Assembly: GCA_963744995.1 (NCBI GenBank)
Contig: CAVUWA010000002.1
Location: 64,001 to 128,000, forward strand
Source: Candidatus Eiseniibacteriota bacterium
Lineage (GTDB): Bacteria; Eisenbacteria; RBG-16-71-46
Length of the DNA stretch: 64,000 bases
Reading direction: 5' to 3'
Shown: positions 18,316-30,067 of the stretch, in pieces
Position numbering within the stretch: the stretch's first letter is position 1
Layout of the letters: each line of letters begins with the position of its first letter
The notes under the pieces: model-generated
Database searches by the model: none
Told to the model about the DNA's origin: nothing
The model's input: the letters and a program-made list of their open reading frames with translations, nothing else
Position numbers and translations under genes: made by a program

Positions 18316-20010
18316 CTACAGATTCTTGTAGTCCGGTCCGCCGCCGCCTTCGGGCGTCACCCAGGTGATGATCTGGTACGGGTCGGCGATGTCGCAGGTC
18401 TTGCAGTGGACGCAGTTCGACGCGTTGATGCGCAGCTTGAGCGCGCCGGGCCCCTTCGCTTCGTCGTCGACCATCTCGTACACGCTCGCGGGGCAGAAGT
18501 GCTGGCAGGGGTTGCCGAACTCCTCGCGGCACTTCGTGGCGCACACCGAGGTGTCGGCGACCACCAGGTGCACCGGCTGATCCTCGTCGTGCTTGGTGCC
18601 CGACAGGTAGACGTCCGAGAGCTTGTCCTTCGTGTACTCGCCGTCGAACTTCATCGGCGCCGGCTTGCCGTTCGGGTAGACGTCCTTCAGGTGGCGCATG
18701 CGCTTGTGGCCCGGTTCGTTCATGACGCGGTCGCGCAGCAGCAGGTCGCGCCCGCCGAAGAACATGCCCGCGCCCGTGTTGAGCATGCCCATCCACAGGC
18801 CGTGCTCGAAGCCCTGGTGGAAGTTGCGCACCGAGCGCAGCTCGTCGGCCGCCCACGAGCTCTCGAAGCGCCGCTCGTAGCCGGCGAGCCGCTCCTTCGA
18901 GAAGTCGCCGGCGAGCAGGCACTCGAACAGCGTCTCGGCCGCCATCATGCCGGACTTGATCGCGAGGTGGATGCCCTTCAGGCGCGCGCCGTTCAGGAAC
19001 CCGCCCGAATCGCCGCAGATCAGCAGGCCGTCGGCGGACAGCTTCGGCATCGCCCAGTAGCCGCCCTCGGGGATCGCCTTCGCGCCGTAGGCGACCGGCT
19101 TGCCGCCCTCGAGCAGCGCCTTCACCAGCGGGTGCAGCTTGAAGCGCTGCAGAAAGCCGTGCGGGTCGGTGGTCGGGTCATGGTAGTCGAGGCCGGTGAC
19201 GAAACCCACCGACCAGTGCGTGTCGTCCATGCCGTAGATGAACCCGCCGCCGAAGGTCTCGGTGGGCAGCGGCCAGTTCATCGTGTGGATGACGCGGCCC
19301 TTCTGCACGCGGCCGGCCGGCATCTCCCAGATCTCCTTGACGCCGGTCGAGTACACCTGCGCGTTCTTCCCGACCGACAGGCCGAGCTGCTCGTTCAGCG
19401 CCTTGGCGAGCGTGCCGCGCGGGCCCTCGCAGAGCACGGTGGCCTTCGCCAGACAGTCGGCGCCGGGCTGGTAGTTCGACTTCTTCCCGCCGTTCCTGTC
19501 GACGCCCTTGTCGCCGGTGCGGACCCCGGTCACGCGTCCGTTCTCGACCAGCGGCTTCGCCGCAGGCGTTTCGGTGACCACCAGCACACCCTTCTCCTCG
19601 GCGATGCCGGCCATCCATTCGACCAGGTTGCCGAGCGACAGGATGTGGTTGCCGTGGTTCTGCAGCATGGGCGGCGCGAGCGGCAGACGGAACTGCGAGT
19701 GCTCGGAGAGGAAGTAGACGTCGTCGGAGCCGACGTCGCTCGCGATCGGGCAGCCGCGCTCGCGATAGTCAGGCATCAGCTCGCGCATGCCGCGCGGATC
19801 CATCACGGCGCCCGAGATGCCGTGCGCGCCGACGCGTTCGGACTTCTCGAGCACCGCGATGTTCAGCTCGCCGATCGCGTCGCCCGGCGCGCCGGCGGCC
19901 ACCTTCTGATTGTGCTGCTCGACGAGATTCGCGAGGTGGATGGCGCCGGCGAGCCCGGCCGGGCCGGCGCCGATGAACTGCACGTCGAATTCGAGGACTT
20001 CGCGTTCCAT
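18316..20010 (-). CDS. Electron transfer flavoprotein-quinone oxidoreductase
   Basis: GAGPAG FAD motif, GAHGISGA, EGG, KGIHLAIKSGM, C-terminal FCPASVYE and NCVHCKTCDI. Confidence 0.95.
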   Translation of the reverse strand: MEREVLEFDVQFIGAGPAGLAGAIHLANLVEQHNQKVAAGAPGDAIGELNIAVLEKSERVGAHGISGAVMDPRGMRELMPDYRERGCPIASDVGSDDVYFLSEHSQFRLPLAPPMLQNHGNHILSLGNLVEWMAGIAEEKGVLVVTETPAAKPLVENGRVTGVRTGDKGVDRNGGKKSNYQPGADCLAKATVLCEGPRGTLAKALNEQLGLSVGKNAQVYSTGVKEIWEMPAGRVQKGRVIHTMNWPLPTETFGGGFIYGMDDTHWSVGFVTGLDYHDPTTDPHGFLQRFKLHPLVKALLEGGKPVAYGAKAIPEGGYWAMPKLSADGLLICGDSGGFLNGARLKGIHLAIKSGMMAAETLFECLLAGDFSKERLAGYERRFESSWAADELRSVRNFHQGFEHGLWMGMLNTGAGMFFGGRDLLLRDRVMNEPGHKRMRHLKDVYPNGKPAPMKFDGEYTKDKLSDVYLSGTKHDEDQPVHLVVADTSVCATKCREEFGNPCQHFCPASVYEMVDDEAKGPGALKLRINASNCVHCKTCDIADPYQIITWVTPEGGGGPDYKNL

Positions 20011-20236
20011 ATGGAGCTTCCTTCACGGCCGGGCGCCGATCCAGACGTGCCGGAACGCGCCGGGCCAGGGGAGTCGAGGTCGAAACGCCAGTAAATCAGG
20101 GCGTGCGCGGAGGCGCAAACGGCGCGGGCGTGCACGACTGGCACGCGGCGGCGCTGCGCGATCGCGGGCCCGCGCTGGCTCGGGAGCGCCCGAAGTGCGT
20201 ACAATTCACGCTTCCCATTCACCCGCAGAGGCCTTC

Positions 20237-21478
20237 ATGCACCGTGATTCCGCACCGTTCGGGCCGCTCCCGCGGGCGTTGTGCGCTGCCGCGCTCGTCG
20301 CCCTCGCCGCTGTCTCGGCGGCCCCCGCCGCCGCTGCGCCGCTCCGCGTGCTCTTCGACAACACGCACGCCGAGACCGCCGGCAACGCCGACTGGATCAT
20401 CGACACCGATCAACCGCTGCCCGTGCCGGATCAGTCCACGGTGACCGAGGCGACCCCGCGCACCTACTGGCTCGGGGCGATCTCGTCGTGGGGGATCGAT
20501 CTCGTCAAGCGCGGCTACCAGGTGGCGACGCTCACGCCGGCGTACGGCATCACCTACGGCGACGCCGGCAACGCCTACGACCTGTCGCACTTCGACGTGT
20601 TCATCGTCCCCGAGCCGAATACGGTGTTCACCGCTGCGGAGTCCACCGCGATCTTCCACTACGTGGCCGACGGCGGCGGCCTGATCGCGGTGTCCGACCA
20701 CATCAATTCCGACCGCAACAACGACGGCTGGGATTCGCCCGAGATCTGGAACAGGCTCGACATGCAGCACCTGTGGGGCGTGCGCTTCGAGACCTCGGGG
20801 AGCAACAGCAACTTCACCGAGGTGTGGTCCACCAACGTGAACGCCTCGCCCTCGGACTCGGTGATCCACGGCCCCGAAGGCACCGCGAACGGGCTCGAGT
20901 TCCACAACGGCACTACGATGACGCTCTATCCGTCGATCAATCCCACTGTGGCCGGCTGCGTCTGGCGCGATGGCTTTCCGCAGGACACCAGCGTGGTGAT
21001 GGCGGCGCGCTCCATGTACGGCAGCGGCCGCATCTTCTTCGTCGGCGACAGCTCGCCGATCGACGACGGCAGCGCCCAGCCCGGCAACAGCAGCATCTAC
21101 GACGGCTGGGGCGAGGCCGCGGGCAACGACAGCCTGCTGTTCCTGAACGCGACGGCGTGGGTCGCGCGGCGGCCCACGGCGACCGCCGGGGTCGAGCCTG
21201 CGACCGTCACCGATGCCGCGCCGTTCCCGAATCCGTTCCGCGAGCGGGTGCGCGTCGCGTGGACGATGGCGAGCCCCGCACGGGTGACGGCCGGCGTCTA
21301 CGACACCAGCGGCCGTCTGGTCGCCCGCCTCGCGCAGGGCCGCTTCGCGGCCGGGCGTCACTCGCTGACGTGGGACGGCCGCGGCGCGGACGGGCGGCCC
21401 GTGCCGGCCGGCGTCTACTTCGTGCGCGCGACGACCGGCGGCCTCGTGCGCGCCTGGCGCGTGGTGCGGGTGAAGTAG
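20237..21478 (+). CDS. Secreted protein, DUF4350/GATase-like domain plus C-terminal FlgD-Ig/T9SS-CTD-like tail
   Basis: Signal peptide; VLFDNTHAETAGNADW, PEPN, SDH..SDRNNDG; PNPF...YDTSGRLV...WDG..A.G..VPAGVYF. Confidence 0.85.
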   Translation: MHRDSAPFGPLPRALCAAALVALAAVSAAPAAAAPLRVLFDNTHAETAGNADWIIDTDQPLPVPDQSTVTEATPRTYWLGAISSWGIDLVKRGYQVATLTPAYGITYGDAGNAYDLSHFDVFIVPEPNTVFTAAESTAIFHYVADGGGLIAVSDHINSDRNNDGWDSPEIWNRLDMQHLWGVRFETSGSNSNFTEVWSTNVNASPSDSVIHGPEGTANGLEFHNGTTMTLYPSINPTVAGCVWRDGFPQDTSVVMAARSMYGSGRIFFVGDSSPIDDGSAQPGNSSIYDGWGEAAGNDSLLFLNATAWVARRPTATAGVEPATVTDAAPFPNPFRERVRVAWTMASPARVTAGVYDTSGRLVARLAQGRFAAGRHSLTWDGRGADGRPVPAGVYFVRATTGGLVRAWRVVRVK

Positions 21479-21531
21479 CGCCGGCGGGCGGCCGCGGGAG
21501 AGCCGCGACCGCGCCGGCGCCCGACCTCCGG

Positions 21532-23003
21532 TCAGCGCGCCTCGACCTTCACCAGCCGCCCGGTCGCGGTCCGTGGCCCGGCGGACAGCCGGTAGAAGTA
21601 CACGCCGCTCTGAAGGTCCACGCCGCCCACGTGGATCCGTCCCGGGCCGGCGGGAGCGTTTCCCATGGAACGCCTGACGACCGTGCGGCCCGCCACGTCG
21701 AAGAGCTCCAGCGTGACCTTCCCGGCGGCCGGCAGCGTGAAGCGGATGTCCGCATCCCGCACGAACGGGTTCGGCTGCGCCTGCGCGCGGAACGCCACCG
21801 CCGGCTCCGGCGTCCCGACGTCCACCGAACCGGTGTAGCGTGGCCACGTAGACCGCCTCGGAACCGTCCGTGAAGCTCGCCCAGAACGCGATGTCGCTTC
21901 CGTTCAGCGCGTCCGGCCCGATCGAGAGATCCGCCACCACCAGGTTCCCGATCGTGTCCCCCACCGCTACCACCGGCTCCAGCGTTCCCCCCATGTCGGA
22001 GAGGATCACCTTGGAACCCAGCCCGACGAACGCGACGTGGGTGCCGTCGTAGGAGACGCCCTGGAATCCCGTGAACGTGCTCTGCTCCCCGGGGATCAGC
22101 GTCGCCCCTGGACGCGACGACGCACGAGGGTCCGATCGCCTCGACGATGTAGACGCCCTCGCTGCCGTTCGCGCCGAAGCCGTGGAACGCGATCGCCCCT
22201 TTCACGAACGACGCCTCCTCGAACCCGCTGAAGCTCTCGCCGTTGGCGCCCGGCACCGGGGTGAACGTGTCCACCAGCGTCGCGAGTCCGTTGCCGTCGT
22301 CCTGGAAGAAGCCCGAGTAGCCCTGCGGTCCGTTTCCGCCGAACGCCACGACGCCCTGGTCCATGAACACATCCGGCGAGAACGCCGTGAACGTCCCGAG
22401 CTGGCCGCCGGGGATCGGCGTGGCGAGGTCGGCCACGATGTCGTTGGGCATGATGATGTAGACCCCGTCCTGGCCGCCCGAGCCCGACCCCCGGAAGGCC
22501 ACCGTCGTGTCGTCGAAGGCGACGCCCGCGAACGCGGTGAAGTTGCCCTGGCCGCCGGGGATCGGCGTGGCGAGGTCGGCGACGATGTCGTTGGGCATGA
22601 TGATGTAGACCCCGTCCTGGCCGCCGGAGCCCAAGCCGCGGAACGCCACGCTGCTCCCGGAGAGGGAGGCGGCACCGAACCCGGTGAAGTTGCCCTGCCC
22701 GCCGGGGATCGGCGTGGCGAGGTCGGCCACGAGACACGGCGGGCCGACGCCCTGCCCCACGTAGAGCCCCTCCTCCCCGTCGCTCCCCTTCCCGCCGAAG
22801 AGCACCTCGCCGGGGATGGCGGTCGGGGGCTGGGTCTTGCCCGCGATGGACACGAACGTGCCGGTCCCGCCGGGCACCGCGTCCCCGGTCCGGACGATCT
22901 CCGTGAGGTTGTAGTAGGCGGCCGACGCCGACGCGGGCACGGCGGCGAGCGGAGCGACCTGGAGGAGCAGGGCCGGAAGCAGAGTGAAACGAAGCGCGCG
23001 CAT
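21532..23003 (-). pseudogene. Secreted beta-repeat protein (xxVAF tandem repeats) with CTD tail; two +1 frameshifts (near 22106 and 21838)
   Basis: Signal peptide, repeated VADL.TPIPGG.G.F..F...VAF; continuation ATLIPGEQSTFTGF then YTGSVDVG..PNPF..GVYFYRL in successive frames. Confidence 0.8.
22401..22732. repeat. Intragenic tandem repeat, 147-bp unit, about 2.3 copies
   Basis: GGGATCGGCGTGGCGAGGTCGGC recurs at 22411, 22558 and 22705. Confidence 0.9.
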
Positions 23004-23216
23004 GGGGCCTCCTGGGGGTCGGTGGGGGGCTGGCACGGATCGGCTTTCCGGATGGGGGACCGCCGGCGGCGCGCCGTCACGCCCCGGCGGGCATTTTCCG
23101 ACCGGGATCGTGCCCGTGGGGCGGAATCGCTGTGACGGAACCCGCCCGGGCGTCCCCTACGGAGAACAACCGACCGCTTTCAGGAATGATCACCACCTCA
23201 TCTCCGGAGGTGCCTC

Positions 23217-25508
23217 GTGGCGTCTTCATCGGCCACCCGCACGGAGCAGGAGCCCATTCACATCTTCCATGGAGCGACCACGCAACGGGCGATCGGCGCG
23301 GGGCTCGTCCTCGCGCTGACACTGATCTGCCTCACGTGGTCACCGGCTGCCGCGCAGAGAGTTCGCCAGTACGGCATCGAGCTCAACACGCCCACGGTCT
23401 CCGGCCAGTACCTGGCCGTGTCCGACAAGACGGGGCTGGAGGGCGCCACCGGCGCCTACACCATCGAGGCCTGGGTGTGGCCGCACAGCTACGCCGGCTA
23501 TCCTTGCATCGTCGGCAACGACTACACCCAGAGCTTCTGGGTCGGACTGAACGCCTCGGGGCACGTGCGGTTCTACCCGCGCGGCGGGTACGGACAGTTC
23601 GTCGAGAGCACCGGGGTGATTCCGCTCGATCAGTGGACGCACGTTTCCGTCACCTACGAATCCAGCTCGGGCTGGGCGATCTACGTGAACGGCGTGCTCG
23701 ACCAGTCCGGCAGCTCGATCACGGGCCTGCCTGGAACGAGCGCCGACAGCCTGTGCATCGGCGCCGACCGGGTCGGAGGGACGCCGGGCACGTTCTGGAT
23801 CGGCAAGCTGGATGAGATCCGGATGTGGAACCGGGCGCTCAGCGGTACCGAGATCGCGGAAAACCAGTTCGCCGGCATCGGCTACGGGAATCACCTCGGT
23901 GCCCGCTACGCGGGGCTCGCGGCGGCCTGGTACTCGAACTTGATCGACGGTGGCGGGGGCTCACTGTGGCTCGCCGATATGGCACAGTCGGCCGTGGCCG
24001 GTGGCTTCGATCATCGCGCTCAGGTCGATGCCGATGCCGGCGAACCGTTCGATATCACCGACCGGGTTCCGCTGCCGGTGGACTTCAACCAGGGCGTCGA
24101 GATGAACGGCGTGGACGACTACGCGTCCACGCAGGCGCACAGCGACGGGTACGACGGCGGCCTCACCATCGAGGCCTGGATCTGTCCGTATTCGAACGGC
24201 GGCTACCAGACCATCGTCGGGCGCGAGTACACGAGCAGCTTCTGGCTGGGCCTCAAACCGGGCGGCCAGCTGCGCTTCTATCCGATCGGAGGCTTCGGGG
24301 AATACGTGGACGGTGTCGCGAGCGTGCCGCTCGACAAATGGACGCACGTGGCAGCGAGCTTCGATCCGGTGGACAAGGTGGTGCGTCTCTACATCAACGG
24401 CGAGCTGGATCTGGCGGCCGGATTCAGCGGCGCGGTCGGCGAGAACGGGCGCGAGATCTACGTCGGCGCCGACAATGAAGCCGTCGGGCCGGCGTTCCTC
24501 TTCAACGGCATCCTGGACGAAGTCTGCGTGACCAATGGCCCGATCTCGGGCACCGACATCGCCGCCCGCAGGTTCCTGGGGACCGACCCATACATCGCCC
24601 ACGACGATGTCGTGGATCTGAACGGCGTGTCCCGCACGACCTATCGCGCGCACTTCGGGCCCTATACAAACGACTTCGTGCCGCAGACGCGCATCTACGG
24701 TTCGCACGCCCGCATGGTGCTTTCGGGCGCGCCGATGTTCAACGGAGCCGTACTCGGCTTCAGCGGCGTGTCGTTTCCCATGGACGAGTTCCTGATGTCG
24801 CCGCCGGGCGGGACCGGACTGACGGTGCCCGACCAGCTCGATCTCACGAGCCTGTCGGTGCCGATCGCAGAGACCGGCACCGGATCGGTCACCGACGTGG
24901 ACGTGTTCGTGTCGCTCTCCAGCGAAGATCTCGCCACCACGAGCGTCGAGCTCATGAGCCCCACGGGGACGAACGTGACGCTGATGGCGCCCGGCGACCT
25001 GATCGGGCGGTCGCTGCAGACGGTGTTCGATGACGCGTCGTCCTACACCTTCGGACTCGACGGTGCGCCGTGCAATCTCGGCGTGCAGCCTTCGACCCCA
25101 CTGTCGGCGTTCAACGGCGAATCGGCGACGGGCACCTGGACGGTTTCGGTGCAGACGACGGGCGGCGCGCACTTCGCAGTGTGGGCCGTGGGGGTGCGGA
25201 TCGGCTTCGGCACGACGGACGTCGCACATGCCGGCGATGCGGGCGCGGTGCAGCTCACCAACGCGGGCGCGGAGCCGGTGCGCGGGCAGGGCGCGGTGCA
25301 GTTCAGCCTGCCGCGCGACGCGAAGATCGGCCTGACCCTCTACGACCCGGCCGGGCGCGCGGTCCGCCGGCTCGCGAGCGGCCTGCGCGCGGCGGGCGAG
25401 TACCGGGTCGCCTGGAACGCCGCGGGGCTTGCGCCCGGACGCTACCTGCTGTCGCTGGACGTTGAAGGCGGTCCGCGCCGCACGCTGCCGGTCACCGTGC
25501 TGCACTGA
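23217..25508 (+). CDS. Secreted 2x LamG-like jellyroll + proprotein convertase P-domain + CTD tail (paralog 1)
   Basis: Two TIEAW...WTHV...YVNG...IGAD...G.LDE units; VTDVDV..L.SP.GT.V.L..P...LS.FNGE...GTW; GGAGG RBS. Confidence 0.88.
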   Translation: MASSSATRTEQEPIHIFHGATTQRAIGAGLVLALTLICLTWSPAAAQRVRQYGIELNTPTVSGQYLAVSDKTGLEGATGAYTIEAWVWPHSYAGYPCIVGNDYTQSFWVGLNASGHVRFYPRGGYGQFVESTGVIPLDQWTHVSVTYESSSGWAIYVNGVLDQSGSSITGLPGTSADSLCIGADRVGGTPGTFWIGKLDEIRMWNRALSGTEIAENQFAGIGYGNHLGARYAGLAAAWYSNLIDGGGGSLWLADMAQSAVAGGFDHRAQVDADAGEPFDITDRVPLPVDFNQGVEMNGVDDYASTQAHSDGYDGGLTIEAWICPYSNGGYQTIVGREYTSSFWLGLKPGGQLRFYPIGGFGEYVDGVASVPLDKWTHVAASFDPVDKVVRLYINGELDLAAGFSGAVGENGREIYVGADNEAVGPAFLFNGILDEVCVTNGPISGTDIAARRFLGTDPYIAHDDVVDLNGVSRTTYRAHFGPYTNDFVPQTRIYGSHARMVLSGAPMFNGAVLGFSGVSFPMDEFLMSPPGGTGLTVPDQLDLTSLSVPIAETGTGSVTDVDVFVSLSSEDLATTSVELMSPTGTNVTLMAPGDLIGRSLQTVFDDASSYTFGLDGAPCNLGVQPSTPLSAFNGESATGTWTVSVQTTGGAHFAVWAVGVRIGFGTTDVAHAGDAGAVQLTNAGAEPVRGQGAVQFSLPRDAKIGLTLYDPAGRAVRRLASGLRAAGEYRVAWNAAGLAPGRYLLSLDVEGGPRRTLPVTVLH

Positions 25509-25525
25509 TCATGGGAGGAGACTCC

Positions 25526-27748
25526 ATGCACACCCGACATCGCAGACCCCTCACACGTCACACTCGGACAGTCGGCTGTGCCGTTGCGTGCGCCGTGGTC
25601 CTCGCCGCACTGCTCTGGACTCCGGCAGCCCTCGCCCAGCACATGCAGATCTGCGCCGACCTCAACGATCCGGCGCTGGCCAGCGAGTACCTGGCCGTCT
25701 ACGACAAGACCGGTCTCGAGGGCAACGCGAACTACACCATCGAGGCGTGGGTGCGGCCGATCGCGGGAGGCGTCAACCAGGCGATCGTCGGCAACGACTT
25801 TTCGCAGAGCTTCTATCTGGGCCTGGGGCCCGGCGAGCGCGTGCGGTTCTACCCGAAGGGCGGCAGCAACCAGTACTTCGAGAGCAACGCCAGCGTCCCG
25901 CTCGGAATCTGGACCCACGTCGCCGCGACGTACTCCAGCGTCGCCGGTGCGAAGATCTACGTGAACGGCGAACTGGACGCTGCGGACGCTTCGTACACGG
26001 GAATGCCCGGGACCAGCCCGAACCCGCTCTACGTCGGGGCCGACCGACAGTCGCCCACGTCGCCCGCGTATTTCTGGCGCGGCATGCTCGGTGAAATCCG
26101 CATCTGGAGCGAGACCCGCACGGCGACCCAGATCCACGACCACTACCGGATCGGCGTGGGCTCGCGCGCGGTGTTCACGAACACCGTCTACGAGCACCTC
26201 GAGGCGTGCTGGGCGTTCGCGGCCGGGGTCGAGCCGACCACTCAGGACAACGCCGACGGCCTTCTGCCGGGTGCCAACCTGCTCTTTCAGGAAAACGGCG
26301 CCGGACTGGCCTACGACGAAGGTCCGCCGGTGAGCGTCAACACCGCGCTGGAGTTGAACGGGGTGGATGACCACGCGATGATCCCGATGGCGGACGGGTT
26401 TCCGGGCGGGCTCACCATCGACGCGTGGGTCAGGCCCGACGACTTCAGCAACTACTCGACCATCGTCGGACGCGACTACCACACGAGCTTCTGGCTGGGG
26501 TTCGCGCCCGACGGCCGGGTGCGCTTCTATCCCACGGGCGGGACCGGCAACTACTTCGAGAGCCAGACGTCGCTGTCGGTCACGCATTGGATGCACGTCG
26601 CCGCCACCTACCGTCCCGGCGACGCGCGCATCTACATCAACGGCAAGCTCGACACGCACACCGACAGCTTCACGGCACCGGTCGGCGGCAACGGGCGCGA
26701 TGTGTGGATCGGGGCGGACAACGAGGGCGGCGCCGGTGTGCCGTACCCGTTCCAGGGCGCGCTCGACAACGTTCGGATCTGCAAAGGAGTGTGGAGCGTC
26801 GCACAGATCCGTGAGCGTATGTTCCTGGGGTTCGAGTGGGCGGGGGAAATTCCGAGCCACGAGTTCGTAGACGACGAGGGAATCGCGCGCGACAGCTACG
26901 CAGTCGGATTCGGCGAAGGCGAGTTCGTCGAGTACAGCAACTACGGGTACGCCGTGAGCGGAACCGACGCGCACCTCGTGCGTTCGGGCGCGCCGCTCGT
27001 GGAGAAGCGTCTGTACTGGGCAATGGGTATCGCCGACCCGGGGCTCGAGAACTACCTCATGAAGGAGGGTTCGACCCCGGAAATCGCGTCAGCCATTCTA
27101 AGCCCCCTGTGGTACGAGCCATCCCAGACGATCGGAACGGTGCGGATATTCGTGAGCGCACCGATGTACGATCTGTCCAGTAACACCGTCAATATCAAGT
27201 CGCCATCGGGGACCATGGTGCGGCTGCTCGATGTGGGCGAGACCACGGGCAGCGATCTCCACACGGTGTTCTACGACGCGGCGCCCTGGACACTCGCCAC
27301 CGGCTTCGCACCGTTCTACGACGGCGTGCAGCCCTCGCAATCGCTCTCCGCCGTGGCGGGCGAGGACAGCCACGGTTACTGGACTCTCAGCCTGGGGGGG
27401 GACGCCGTGGCCAAGGTGGGGCGCTGGTACTGGGGCATCGAGATCAACGGCGTGAACGCGGGCGTTGATCAGGCTCTCCCGGAACGAGTCGAGCTCGCCA
27501 ACGCGGGCGGCAATCCCGTGCGCGGCCAGGGCCGGGTCTCGTTCACGCTGCCGCGCGCGGCGAGCGTGGACCTGCGGCTGTTCGACCTGCAGGGCCGGCC
27601 GGTGCGCACGCTGCTCGACGGACCGCAGGCGCCGGGGACGTTCATGCTGAGCTGGTCGGCCGCGGACCTCCCGGCGGGCGCCTACTTCGTGCGCCTGCGC
27701 GTGGACGGCGAGCCCGCGGGGTCGCTACGGATCACGGTGCTGCGTTGA
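25526..27748 (+). CDS. Secreted 2x LamG-like jellyroll + P-domain + CTD tail (paralog 2)
   Basis: Colinear with the previous gene (YLAV.DKTGLEG, SF.LGL, VRFYP.GG); GGAGGAG RBS. Confidence 0.88.
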   Translation: MHTRHRRPLTRHTRTVGCAVACAVVLAALLWTPAALAQHMQICADLNDPALASEYLAVYDKTGLEGNANYTIEAWVRPIAGGVNQAIVGNDFSQSFYLGLGPGERVRFYPKGGSNQYFESNASVPLGIWTHVAATYSSVAGAKIYVNGELDAADASYTGMPGTSPNPLYVGADRQSPTSPAYFWRGMLGEIRIWSETRTATQIHDHYRIGVGSRAVFTNTVYEHLEACWAFAAGVEPTTQDNADGLLPGANLLFQENGAGLAYDEGPPVSVNTALELNGVDDHAMIPMADGFPGGLTIDAWVRPDDFSNYSTIVGRDYHTSFWLGFAPDGRVRFYPTGGTGNYFESQTSLSVTHWMHVAATYRPGDARIYINGKLDTHTDSFTAPVGGNGRDVWIGADNEGGAGVPYPFQGALDNVRICKGVWSVAQIRERMFLGFEWAGEIPSHEFVDDEGIARDSYAVGFGEGEFVEYSNYGYAVSGTDAHLVRSGAPLVEKRLYWAMGIADPGLENYLMKEGSTPEIASAILSPLWYEPSQTIGTVRIFVSAPMYDLSSNTVNIKSPSGTMVRLLDVGETTGSDLHTVFYDAAPWTLATGFAPFYDGVQPSQSLSAVAGEDSHGYWTLSLGGDAVAKVGRWYWGIEINGVNAGVDQALPERVELANAGGNPVRGQGRVSFTLPRAASVDLRLFDLQGRPVRTLLDGPQAPGTFMLSWSAADLPAGAYFVRLRVDGEPAGSLRITVLR

Positions 27749-27861
27749 TCCGAGCCGCGTCCCGTCTGCTGTCCGCCCGCGGCTGCTGCAACGGGGCCGC
27801 GGGCATTCCCATGCCGGATGCGGCACGGCGCCAGAAGTTCCGCTGAACGGAATCGGGCGCG

Positions 27862-27875
27862 GCGATTTCTACAAA
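27862..27875 (+). promoter_or_regulatory. Putative enhancer (UAS) motif
   Basis: GCGATTTCTACAAA; similar motifs at 33083, 34052 (reverse) and 57247. Confidence 0.45.
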
Positions 27876-27958
27876 GCGGATCCCGCGAGCGCACGCCGGA
27901 GACCGCGGACATCGCTGTATTCGACTGTGTACCAACCGCTTGGGAGATCGTTTCGGCG

Positions 27959-27973
27959 CGGCGCGATCCTTGC
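27959..27973 (+). promoter_or_regulatory. sigma54 -24/-12 promoter
   Basis: CGGCGCGATCCTTGC (GG-N10-GC). Confidence 0.6.
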
Positions 27974-28062
27974 GCTCGAAGGAGAGAGGTCCCGTCGCGG
28001 GCGCGGCGGCGGCCGAGGCGCCGCAGGCGGCGCCGCCACGAACGCTCGATCGGAGGGACGCC

Positions 28063-28278
28063 ATGAGAACTCTCGGCATCGTTCTCCTCGTCGCGGGCGT
28101 GCTCGCGCTCGTCTATCAGGGCTTCACCTACCGCAAGCAGGACACGCTGCTGGACGTCGGCGGAATGCAGGCGAAGGTGGTGCACGACGAACGCGTGAAC
28201 ATCCCGCCGATCGCCGGCGCCGCTGCCGTGGTGGCCGGCATCGCGCTGGTCTTCGCGGAGCGCCGCCGGGCCGGGTGA
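28063..28278 (+). CDS. Small two-TM membrane protein (DUF3185-like)
   Basis: MRTLGIVLLVAGVLALVYQGFTY...IPPIAG; GGAGG RBS. Confidence 0.8.
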   Translation: MRTLGIVLLVAGVLALVYQGFTYRKQDTLLDVGGMQAKVVHDERVNIPPIAGAAAVVAGIALVFAERRRAG

Positions 28279-28356
28279 ACCCGGACCGCAGCTCCACCGC
28301 GCGCGATCGTCGCGCGCGGATCGACTCGGCCGGTACGTCCAATCTGGGAGGTCATC

Positions 28357-28530
28357 ATGCTGCGCTGGGCACTGACGTTTCTCATCGTCGCGCTGCTCGC
28401 CGCATTCTTCGGCTTCGGCGGAATCGCCGCGGCCTCGGCGGGCATCGCCAAGTTCCTGTTCTTCCTGTTCCTGATCCTGTTCGCCATCTCGCTGATCATG
28501 GGGCTCACGGCTCGCACACGGCTCCGTTAG
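28357..28530 (+). CDS. DUF1328 / UPF0391 (YtjA-like) small membrane protein; not in the ORF track
   Basis: [39 protein letters not shown]..., 57 aa; GGAGG RBS. Confidence 0.92.
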   Translation: MLRWALTFLIVALLAAFFGFGGIAAASAGIAKFLFFLFLILFAISLIMGLTARTRLR

Positions 28531-28660
28531 TCGGGCATCGACGCGGCGAGGAGCCAGGCGCGCCGGGGCGCGGGCGGCGGACGTCGCCGCATTCGGACGG
28601 CGTTCGCCCTCCGCTCCGGGGCGCGGTGTTGGCGCTCGAGCCGCCCGCCGGGCGGCAGAA

Positions 28661-30063
<1,403 letters not shown>

Positions 30064-30067
<4 letters not shown>

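Noticed and set aside
12936..22110. Frameshifts caused by the nearby error-prone polymerases, or programmed frameshifting
   Set aside because: No evidence for either: no slippery heptamers, proximity is irrelevant for trans-acting enzymes, and sequencing error is simpler
22401..22732. 147-bp repeats as CRISPR or DGR TR/VR
   Set aside because: In-frame coding repeats without unique spacers or adenine-specific differences; no cas or reverse transcriptase in the window
23031..23044. TGGCAC-containing sites here, near 8470-8485 and at 34092 as sigma54 promoters
   Set aside because: GG to GC spacing is not N10
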